Source: an uncultured Bacteroidales bacterium (lineage in GTDB: Bacteria > Bacteroidota > Bacteroidia > Bacteroidales > UBA932). Taken from it: DNA of 64,000 nt. Positions 8,904 through 16,870 of this stretch are shown here, in pieces. Numbering within the stretch: position 1 is the first letter of the stretch; each line of letters begins with the position of its first letter. The DNA is taken from assembly GCA_944322585.1 (NCBI GenBank), contig CALUPB010000002.1, forward strand, positions 4,729 to 68,728, in the 5' to 3' direction. Below the pieces are notes generated by a model that was not told where the DNA came from, ran no database searches, and saw only the letters and a program-made list of their open reading frames with translations. Both the position numbers and the translations under genes were made by a program.

Positions 8904-10193
8904 ATGAAAAATGAACATTACAGACCTCGTATTTGTGACTCTCTTTTGCAGAGGAAATTACGGACGAGCGGAGCTGTTCTTATAACCGGCCCCAAATGGT
9001 GCGGAAAGACCTGGACGGCACTTAACGCGGCCAACAGCGTATTGTATATGCAAGATACCGACAGACGGGCTTCATATATGAAACTGGCACAGACAACCCC
9101 TTCGCTGTTGCTTCGCGGAGACCAGCCGCGACTTATAGACGAATGGCAGACGGCAACCGTATTGTGGGACACGGTAAGATATGCAGTCGATAAAGATCCG
9201 AAAAAAGGACAGTTTATTTTGACAGGAAGCGTTGTTGTGGATGATGAAGACAATGAGGATCCGTCAAAACGTATGGAACATACGGGAACAGGCCGGATAT
9301 CCCGTCTAAAAATGCGCCCGATGAGTCTGTTTGAAAGCGGTGAATCCAACGGCACCGTGTCCTTGAAGGCACTGTTTGAAGGTTCCGCAAAAGTGGAGTC
9401 GGTCAGCAGCCTTACAATTGAAGATCTCGCATACGCAATCTGCAGAGGCGGCTGGCCTGCGACCGTCGATATGGACAGGGAAGATGCGTTGGATGTCGCA
9501 TACGATTATTATACAGCCGTGGTGGAAAGGGATGCTTCCGCAGTGGACAAATCCCAGAAAGATCCAGACAGAATGCGCAGCATACTGAAGTCATTGGCCA
9601 GGAACATTTCAACGATGACTACAGACAGGACTATCATAGGAGATGTCAGGGCGAATGATGTGTCGATGACGGACAAGACCCTTGAAATTTATTTGAGGGC
9701 ACTGAGAAAGCTCTTTGTCGTAGAGGACATAAAGGCATGGCAACCGTCTCTACGTTCAAAGACAGGCATACGCACTTCAGACAAACGCCAGTTTGTTGAC
9801 CCGTCCATTGCCGTTGCCGCTCTCGGCATAAATCCGGAGGCAATCATTGAAGATTTCAATTATTTCGGATTTCTTTTCGAATCCCTGTGTACCCGTGATT
9901 TGAGAGTATATTCCGAGCCGTTGCGAGGTACCGTGAGGCATTACCATGACAACAATGGCCTCGAAGCAGACCTCATAATAAGTCTGGACAACGGCAAATG
10001 GGCAGCTGTGGAAGTGAAACTCGGAAGCAGGGAAATAGAGGAAGGGTCGGAGAATCTCAAGAAACTTGCATCCAATATAGATACGGAAAGATTTCCAGTC
10101 CCGTCGTTCCTGATGGTACTGACCGGAGGAGAATTTGCATATCGTCGCGATGACGGGGTATTCGTCGTCCCTATAGGCTGTCTGAAGGACTGA
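8904..10193 (+). CDS. AAA+ ATPase (AAA_14) with DUF4143 PD-(D/E)xK-like C-terminal domain
   Basis: Walker A GPKWCGKT, Walker B LIDEWQ, ILTGS, and C-terminal EADLII...AVEVKLG. Confidence 0.88.
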   Translation: MKNEHYRPRICDSLLQRKLRTSGAVLITGPKWCGKTWTALNAANSVLYMQDTDRRASYMKLAQTTPSLLLRGDQPRLIDEWQTATVLWDTVRYAVDKDPKKGQFILTGSVVVDDEDNEDPSKRMEHTGTGRISRLKMRPMSLFESGESNGTVSLKALFEGSAKVESVSSLTIEDLAYAICRGGWPATVDMDREDALDVAYDYYTAVVERDASAVDKSQKDPDRMRSILKSLARNISTMTTDRTIIGDVRANDVSMTDKTLEIYLRALRKLFVVEDIKAWQPSLRSKTGIRTSDKRQFVDPSIAVAALGINPEAIIEDFNYFGFLFESLCTRDLRVYSEPLRGTVRHYHDNNGLEADLIISLDNGKWAAVEVKLGSREIEEGSENLKKLASNIDTERFPVPSFLMVLTGGEFAYRRDDGVFVVPIGCLKD

Positions 10194-10199
10194 TTGCCC

Positions 10200-10218
10200 T
10201 GAAAAATCAAATCCGCTG
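10200..10218. repeat. Right copy of 19-bp direct repeat TGAAAAATCAAATCCGCTG
   Basis: Identical to 8690-8708; starts 7 bp after the AAA gene stop codon. Confidence 0.95.
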
Positions 10219-10220
10219 CA

Positions 10221-10252
10221 TTTGGCGAAAGACACAAAGATTGCTAAATTTG
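10221..10252 (+). promoter_or_regulatory. uvrA promoter
   Basis: TTTG (10221-10224), 20-nt spacer, TAAATTTG (10245-10252). Confidence 0.75.
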
Positions 10253-10347
10253 TCGGTATCTGTGCTTCCGGCATCGGGACAGACATCCGGTATCCGCCGG
10301 TCCTGTCCCTAAAGAGGAAGCGACAGAGCCGTATAATCATAAGCATC

Positions 10348-13254
10348 ATGCCGACAAAGACAGAATATATAGAAATACAGGGAGCACGGGCCCATAACCT
10401 TAAAGACGTTTCGCTGTCGATACCAAGAAACGAGTTCGTGGTCATAACGGGACTGAGCGGCAGCGGGAAATCTTCCCTGGCATTCGACACCATCTATGCA
10501 GAGGGCCAGAGACGGTATATGGATACCCTGTCGGCCTACGCCAAACAGTTCATGGGCATACTGGAAAAGCCTGAAGTGGAGAGCATCACCGGGCTGAGCC
10601 CCATCATTGCCATAGAACAGAAAACCACCGGCAACAATCCCCGTTCTACAGTGGGGACAATAACGGAAATATATGATTTTCTGAGACTTCTGTACGCCAA
10701 GGCATCCAAGGCTTATTCTCCCGCCACGGGAAAGGAAATGACAAGGTATACGGACGAACAGATAGTATCCCTCATAATGGACAGCTATGCCGGGAAGAAA
10801 TGCTATCTCCTCGCCCCTCTTGTCCGGGGACGTAAAGGTCATTACAAGGAACTTTTCGAACAGCTCAGACGGAGGGGATACACCCAGGTGCGCATAGACG
10901 GGGAACTTCACGATCTGCCGGAAGTAACCATGGTAGACAGGTACAAACCCCATTTCATCGAGCTCGTGGTGGACCGGCTGAAACCTGCCGCGAAAGACGC
11001 CAAAAGAATCAGGGAATCCGTAATGTCGGCCCTGAACCTCGGCAAAGGCTCCCTGGCCATTCTGGACCAGGACAGCGGGGAACTGCATCACTATTCCAAG
11101 CATCTCGTATGTCCGGACACGGGGCTGTCACTGCCGGAGCCGCAGCCGCATTCATTCTCATTCAACTCTCCCCAGGGCTACTGCCCCCACTGCAAGGGCC
11201 TCGGCAAGATAGTGGACATCAACATGGACGCCATCATCCCGGACAGGCATGTCTCGATAGCAGACGGAGGGATAGTGCCTCTCGGCAAGATCCGCGAAAC
11301 GAAGAAATTCGACATTATCCGCTCCATTGCACGCAAATACGGATTCGGCCTGTTCGAACCGATAGAAGACATTCCGGAAGAAGCCGTTTCCCTGATAATC
11401 TTCGGCTCCGACGAGCTTTTCCGTGTCGGGGAAGGGACAATGTCGGAAATGGTCAGTTACGGAGGGATAGTGGATGACATCCCGGACAAGATAACCTGTC
11501 CCGTATGCCATGGGACGAGGCTCAATCCGGAAGCCGGGTATTTCAGGATCGACGGGAAAACCATCTCCGAAGTTGCGGCAATGGAAATTTCCGACCTTAA
11601 AGTCTGGCTTGACAGTCTCGCGGGAAAATTCGACAGGCGCGAAAACCTGATTGCGAGGGACATCCTGAAAGAACTGAAGGAAAGGGTCGGCTTCCTGTTG
11701 GATGTAGGACTGGAATACCTTTCCCTCGACCGGGCAACCGGCTCGCTGTCAGGAGGAGAGAGCCAGAGGATAAGGCTCGCCACCCAGATAGGGTCCAAAT
11801 TGGTGAACGTCCTCTACATTTTGGACGAGCCGAGCATAGGCCTGCACCAGAGGGACAACCGCAAGCTTATCGCATCGCTCAAGAAACTGCGCGACGAGGG
11901 GAATTCCGTCATGGTGGTGGAGCATGACACCGAGACCATGCTTTCCGCCGACTGGCTTGTGGATGTCGGTCCCGGGGCAGGAGAACAGGGCGGAAAAATC
12001 TGCCTGTCAGCCCCTATGGATCTTCTCGTAAAGGAATATCCGGAAATAGCGGCATACAAGAACCGGGGAGCTTCCGGAACTGCCCGGGACAACCGGACCG
12101 GCATGGAAAACGGCAGCAAGGCAGGCACATGTACGGTCATGGACGACGGCCGGGACAGGGAGCATATGACAATCGGAGAATCCATCACGCTGGATTATCT
12201 GACAGGGAAACGCAGCATTGAAATCCCGGCAACGCGCAGGCCGGGCAACGGCTTCACGATAGGTATCCGGGGAGCCCGGGGCAACAACCTGAAAAACATA
12301 GATGTGGACTTCCCTCTCGGATGTCTTGTAGGCATAAGCGGAGTCAGCGGAAGCGGCAAGTCATCCCTTGTCAACGAAACGCTCATGCCCGTGCTCAAAA
12401 ACAAATTCTACAACGCACGTCTGCAGCCGCTCCCGCATGACAGCATAGTCGGTATCGAAAACATCGACAAGCTGATAGAAATCGACCAGAGCCCGATAGG
12501 AAGGACACCGAGAAGCAATCCGGCGACGTTCACCGGAGTATTCAACGACATCAGACAGCTGTTCGAGAACACGCCGGATGCGAAAGTAAGGGGTTTCAAG
12601 GCCGGAAGATTCTCTTTCAACGTAGCCGGAGGACGCTGCGAAGAATGCAAGGGAGCAGGGATAAAGGTCATCGAGATGAATTTCCTGCCGTCGGTCAATG
12701 TAGTCTGCCCGGAATGCCGGGGACGCAGATATAAGGAAGACACCCTTGCCGTAAAGTATAAAGGAAAGAATATCAACGATGTCCTGGAAATGTCCATTGA
12801 CGAAGCCTACGGCTTTTTCGGGAATATCCCGTCCATCGCACAGAAACTGAAGGCCCTCGTGGATGTGGGACTCGGATACATACGGCTCGGGCAGTCCGCA
12901 GTCACCCTTTCGGGAGGAGAAAGCCAAAGGATGAAACTGGCAGCCGAACTCGGGAGGAAAAGCACAGGGAACACCCTCTATATACTTGACGAACCCACAA
13001 CCGGGCTGCACAGCGAAGACATAAAGGTCCTGCTCGGAGTCCTCCAGCAACTTGTGGACAGGGGCAATACCATAATAATAATAGAACACAACATAGACGT
13101 CCTGAAAAGCGTGGACTACCTCTTCGACATGGGGCCGGAAGGCGGCAAGGGAGGCGGGCTCATAGTAGCCCGGGGGACACCGGAGCAGATTGCCCGCGAC
13201 CCTATGTCCGTGACAGGCCCGTTCCTTGCGGAAGCCCTCGGGACAAGACAATAA
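10348..13254 (+). CDS. uvrA: Excinuclease ABC subunit A
   Basis: Likely start MPTKTEYIEIQGARAHNLK at 10348; two ABC modules (GLSGSGKSSL, LSGGESQRIRLA, GVSGSGKSSL, LSGGESQRMKLA); CxxC zinc fingers. Confidence 0.98.
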   Translation: MPTKTEYIEIQGARAHNLKDVSLSIPRNEFVVITGLSGSGKSSLAFDTIYAEGQRRYMDTLSAYAKQFMGILEKPEVESITGLSPIIAIEQKTTGNNPRSTVGTITEIYDFLRLLYAKASKAYSPATGKEMTRYTDEQIVSLIMDSYAGKKCYLLAPLVRGRKGHYKELFEQLRRRGYTQVRIDGELHDLPEVTMVDRYKPHFIELVVDRLKPAAKDAKRIRESVMSALNLGKGSLAILDQDSGELHHYSKHLVCPDTGLSLPEPQPHSFSFNSPQGYCPHCKGLGKIVDINMDAIIPDRHVSIADGGIVPLGKIRETKKFDIIRSIARKYGFGLFEPIEDIPEEAVSLIIFGSDELFRVGEGTMSEMVSYGGIVDDIPDKITCPVCHGTRLNPEAGYFRIDGKTISEVAAMEISDLKVWLDSLAGKFDRRENLIARDILKELKERVGFLLDVGLEYLSLDRATGSLSGGESQRIRLATQIGSKLVNVLYILDEPSIGLHQRDNRKLIASLKKLRDEGNSVMVVEHDTETMLSADWLVDVGPGAGEQGGKICLSAPMDLLVKEYPEIAAYKNRGASGTARDNRTGMENGSKAGTCTVMDDGRDREHMTIGESITLDYLTGKRSIEIPATRRPGNGFTIGIRGARGNNLKNIDVDFPLGCLVGISGVSGSGKSSLVNETLMPVLKNKFYNARLQPLPHDSIVGIENIDKLIEIDQSPIGRTPRSNPATFTGVFNDIRQLFENTPDAKVRGFKAGRFSFNVAGGRCEECKGAGIKVIEMNFLPSVNVVCPECRGRRYKEDTLAVKYKGKNINDVLEMSIDEAYGFFGNIPSIAQKLKALVDVGLGYIRLGQSAVTLSGGESQRMKLAAELGRKSTGNTLYILDEPTTGLHSEDIKVLLGVLQQLVDRGNTIIIIEHNIDVLKSVDYLFDMGPEGGKGGGLIVARGTPEQIARDPMSVTGPFLAEALGTRQ

Positions 13255-13266
13255 AGACAATCTGAC

Positions 13267-15126
13267 ATGGAAACCATACGGATACACTGCACCAACGACG
13301 GCAGATACCATGATGTACAGCCAGGAATGACACTGGCAGAACTGTCGGCACGGATATGCACCTCCCTACCCGACACCGATGCCGGAAGAGACAACTGCTC
13401 CGCAGAACATCCGACTGTCCCGGTACTTGCGGCCCTTGTGGACAATCAGCTCAAAGAGCTCGGATTCCGGATAATGATGCCTCATGAAATCGAATTCATC
13501 GGCTACAACCATCCGGACGGACGGCGTACCTATATACGCTCCCTGTGCTTTGTCCTTCAGAAAGCGATACGCGACCTGTTTCCGGACCATACATTAGTCA
13601 TAGACTACTCGCTGCCGAGCGGGCTCTACTGCGAAATCCGGGAACGGGACAAAACATCCGGAGGGTCTGCCGAACCGCAGGCAAAAACGGAAGATGGACG
13701 TCCTGTCATACATCCGACAGAGACAGCCGACCTAATGGCAATCAGGGCAAGTATGCAGGAAATCATCAGCCGTGACATTCCTCTCACAAAGCGGAAACTG
13801 ACATCCGAAGAGGCCATAAGGATATTCGAAGAAAACGGCCAGCCGGTGAAGGCCCGATTAGTCGAATCTCTCGGCAAATACACTTTCAGCGTCTACTTTC
13901 TCGGCCACTCCGGCCGTGCGTCCGTCCCTGGCGAACCGGTTCCGGACACCGGGGACAGGCCGGAGCCCACTCTTGGGAACCGGCATGACACAGCTTTGGC
14001 CGACACATTCTACGGGCCGCTCGTTCCGTCCACAGGATATCTTACCAGCTTCGCCATATCCGGGTTCAAGGACGGTTTCTGCCTCCAGTATCCGATGGAA
14101 GGCAGCACATCGAAGATAGAACCGATGAAAAAACAGTCCAAGATAGCTGCGACCCTGAAAAAGCATTCGGACTGGTGCTCGATAATAGGGGTAAAGGGGA
14201 TCGGCACCCTCAACAGGGTAATTCAGGACGGGAAAGCAATACAGCTCATCAACCTCGCCGAGGCACGGCATGAAAGGGACTATGCGGAAATAGCCGATAA
14301 AATCTGGCAACAGCGCGAGAAGTCGCGGATAGTGTTCATCGCAGGTCCGTCGAGCAGCGGCAAGACCTCTTCTTCGCTGCGTCTTGCCATACAGTGCAAG
14401 GTTCTGGGACTCAATCCTAAGGTCATCGAATTGGACAATTATTTCGTCGACCGGGACAAGACCCCTCTTGACGAGAACGGAGAATACGATTTCGAATCCC
14501 TGAAAGCCATGGACCTCGATTACCTCAACGCCCAGCTCAATGACCTGCTCTCCGGGAAAGAGGTCGAAATCCCGAAATACAGCTTCAAGGCCGGCAGACG
14601 GGAAGAGACCGGGACGCCGTTGAAATTGGAGGAAAAGGACATCCTCATCATGGAAGGAATCCACGCGCTCAATCCCGAGATGACCCCGGCCGTAGACGAT
14701 TCCAGAATATTCAGAGTCTACGCCTCTGCACTGACCTCTCTGTCCATAGACGAGAACAACAATATATCCACTTCGGACAACCGCCTGCTCAGAAGAATGG
14801 TCAGGGACAACAGGGTCAGGGGGATAACTCCGGAAGAGACCATCCTGCGGTGGCACAGTGTCCGCCGTGGTGAAAACAGGAACATCTTCCCGTTCCAGGA
14901 AAATGCGGATGCGGAATTCAATTCAGCCCTCATTTTCGAACTGCCGATGCTGAAATACTATGCAGAACCTCTTCTGCGGCGGATTTCCCCCGCTTCTCCG
15001 GCATTTGCGGAAGCTACCAGACTGTTAAAGTTCCTGGAGTACATCGTGGCCCTCTCTCCCGACGAGATTGCGGCCATCCCTCCTACCTCCATAATGCGAG
15101 AATTCATCGGCGGCCAGACCCTCTGA
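13267..15126 (+). CDS. udk: Nucleoside/uridine kinase with N-terminal TGS/ThrRS-like domains
   Basis: P-loop IAGPSSSGKT, LDNYF, IMEGIHALN, DNRLLRRMVRD; ThrRS N-terminal-like region. Confidence 0.85.
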   Translation: METIRIHCTNDGRYHDVQPGMTLAELSARICTSLPDTDAGRDNCSAEHPTVPVLAALVDNQLKELGFRIMMPHEIEFIGYNHPDGRRTYIRSLCFVLQKAIRDLFPDHTLVIDYSLPSGLYCEIRERDKTSGGSAEPQAKTEDGRPVIHPTETADLMAIRASMQEIISRDIPLTKRKLTSEEAIRIFEENGQPVKARLVESLGKYTFSVYFLGHSGRASVPGEPVPDTGDRPEPTLGNRHDTALADTFYGPLVPSTGYLTSFAISGFKDGFCLQYPMEGSTSKIEPMKKQSKIAATLKKHSDWCSIIGVKGIGTLNRVIQDGKAIQLINLAEARHERDYAEIADKIWQQREKSRIVFIAGPSSSGKTSSSLRLAIQCKVLGLNPKVIELDNYFVDRDKTPLDENGEYDFESLKAMDLDYLNAQLNDLLSGKEVEIPKYSFKAGRREETGTPLKLEEKDILIMEGIHALNPEMTPAVDDSRIFRVYASALTSLSIDENNNISTSDNRLLRRMVRDNRVRGITPEETILRWHSVRRGENRNIFPFQENADAEFNSALIFELPMLKYYAEPLLRRISPASPAFAEATRLLKFLEYIVALSPDEIAAIPPTSIMREFIGGQTL

Positions 15127-15276
15127 CAGAGCCGGGTCCTCGGATAGCCCGTGGACCGGCCGGAAAAAATATGAATTGACCGGGCTCTTTCAGGATGTCC
15201 ACATATCTCTGTGCGGACGTCCGTGTTTCATTCATGCTTTCCATATATCCAATACTGTTTTTTATTCCTATCCGCA

Positions 15277-15338
15277 TTACAGTGTATACTTTTTGCTCAT
15301 AAAGTTGGATTTGTGTCCAACTTTTGGGGGACAGTTCA
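15277..15338 (-). mobile_element. IS3-family (IS150-like) left-end remnant
   Basis: The minus strand reads TGAACTGTCCCCCAAAAGTTGGACAC, resembling IS3/IS150 terminal repeats. It is followed by an AAAGTTGGA/TCCAACTTT palindrome and a truncated ORF, MSKKYTL-stop (15300-15277). Confidence 0.6.
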
Positions 15339-15535
15339 CCTCGTGAACGGGAGGGACCCGCGACGGAGTCGTGGGAGGGATTTACCGGACCGAACTTTTA
15401 CGGTCTGGTTATCCAAGGGGTATTCTTGCGGATAATCATTCAAACTTTTTCGCTAAAATATGGAGGCATAGAATACCTGTCAATACCCCGGGAACAGGTT
15501 TATACGAATCGTGATACGGATGAGCATCATACGCA

Positions 15536-15578
15536 GTATCCGGGAACGAACCCCGAATCGGAGTACGTTCCCGGATAC
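15536..15578. repeat. Perfect 13-bp inverted repeat downstream of the hydrolase (possible terminator)
   Basis: GTATCCGGGAACG (15536-15548) and CGTTCCCGGATAC (15566-15578); no clear U-tract. Confidence 0.7.
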
Positions 15579-15605
15579 ACGATCAGATCAAAGTATCGGA
15601 AGCCG

Positions 15606-16676
15606 TTATTTCAGATATTCCCTGTAGAAACTCTCGATCCTGTCGAAAGGGATTACGTCCGTATGGTCATAGAGGTCGGTGTGGACTGCCCCCGGTACAA
15701 TCAGCAGCTCCTTGTTGTCGCCATTGAGTTTCTTGAAAGTATCCTCGCTGAAATAACGCGAATGGGCCTTCTCGCCATGAACAAGCAGGACTGCGCTGCG
15801 TATCTCGCCGGCATAGGCCATAATCGGCATGTTTATGAGAGACAGGGCCGATGTGACGGTAAAACCTTCATTCGAGCCGAGAGAACGGGCATGGTATCCG
15901 CGCTTTGTCTTGTAGAAGTCCACATAGTCCTTGAGGAACTGCGGGGCATCTGCCGGAGCCACCTCAGGATTGCCGCCGGCATGGGCACAAGTACCGTTCC
16001 TGTAGTCTTCGGTACGCTGTGCATTGAGCCTTTTCTTCATCTCATATCTGGCATCGGCATTGTCATCGGCATCATAATAACCCTTGGCCGTCACCCGGGT
16101 CATATCATACATCGTGACAGCGACAGTCGCCTTGATACGGGTATCGATGGCTGCCGCGTTGACGGCAAATCCGCCAAAACCGCACACACCGAGAATACCG
16201 ATGCGCTCCGGGTCCACATCATCTCTTGTGGAGAGATAATCCACGGCCGCACAGAAGTCCTCGGTGTTGATATCCGGCGAAGACACGCCACGCGGCTGCC
16301 CGCCGCTTTCACCCGTAAACGACGGGTCAAAGGCTATGGTCAGGAACCCGCGCTCTGCCAGAGTCTGCGCGTAAAGGCCCGACACCTGCTCCTTCACCGC
16401 TCCGTAAGGGCCGCTCATCGCGATTGCAGGAAGTCTGCCCGAAACATTCTTCGGAATATAAAGATCTGCGGCAAGAGTCACTCCGAACCTGTTGCGGAAA
16501 GTGATTTTGCCATGCTCTACCCTGTCACTCTGCGGGAACACCTTGTCCCACTCCGTTGTCAATTCAAGTGTTTCCATATCATCATTGCTTTTAACTGCAT
16601 TACCGTTGCAGGCCACCGTCACCATGGCGGAAACCGCACACATTGTCAATAAACTGGAAATTCCGTTTCTTCTCAT
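15606..16676 (-). CDS. Alpha/beta hydrolase (YcjY/dienelactone hydrolase-like), probable lipoprotein
   Basis: GPYGAVKEQ, FDPSFTGESGG, nucleophile elbow GVCGFGG, catalytic His in HTDLYD, signal ending VTVAC. Confidence 0.88.
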   Translation of the reverse strand: MRRNGISSLLTMCAVSAMVTVACNGNAVKSNDDMETLELTTEWDKVFPQSDRVEHGKITFRNRFGVTLAADLYIPKNVSGRLPAIAMSGPYGAVKEQVSGLYAQTLAERGFLTIAFDPSFTGESGGQPRGVSSPDINTEDFCAAVDYLSTRDDVDPERIGILGVCGFGGFAVNAAAIDTRIKATVAVTMYDMTRVTAKGYYDADDNADARYEMKKRLNAQRTEDYRNGTCAHAGGNPEVAPADAPQFLKDYVDFYKTKRGYHARSLGSNEGFTVTSALSLINMPIMAYAGEIRSAVLLVHGEKAHSRYFSEDTFKKLNGDNKELLIVPGAVHTDLYDHTDVIPFDRIESFYREYLK

Positions 16677-16753
16677 ATTGATGGTGTTTGGAATTGCATG
16701 ACTTCCTTTTCAAAACCGTCTCTCTGCCATGATTTCAGACAGTTTCGACGATG

Positions 16754-16816
16754 CAAAACTACGGAAAAGCCCGTTTAAAGATGTATACGATTTACGGCTT
16801 ATAATATACGGATTAC
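16754..16816 (-). promoter_or_regulatory. Hydrolase promoter with 21-bp-period direct repeats
   Basis: TAGTTTTG -7 element (complement of 16754-16761); ATACGATTTAC (16785) and ATACGGATTAC (16806). Confidence 0.55.
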
Positions 16817-16870
16817 TGATATTGGTTTTTCCGATAAATTGCTAATTTTGTAAATGATAATCTTCGTGTT

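Noticed and set aside
10276-10309. Hairpin in the uvrA 5' UTR as an SOS-type operator
   Set aside because: It is a 7-bp stem with no known Bacteroidetes SOS box to compare against, so evidence is insufficient.
10222-10347. Upstream in-frame extension of UvrA, and similar extensions for bglX, GH144, susC (43521), rpsH, rpmJ and DUF4270
   Set aside because: The extensions run through promoter or UTR sequence or neighbouring genes; downstream ATGs give canonical N-termini or signal peptides.
15390-15399. CCGAACTTTT, the reverse complement of most of the AAAAGTTCGGA repeat core
   Set aside because: A single 10-bp match inside a hairpin 6.5 kb away; compatible with chance.
15339-15420. Possible group II intron or riboswitch fragment
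   Set aside because: No domain V consensus, no reverse transcriptase, and no riboswitch signature that I could recognise.
15324-16652. 442-aa plus-strand ORF
   Set aside because: Mostly antisense to the well-supported alpha/beta hydrolase, and its start lies inside the IS-end remnant.
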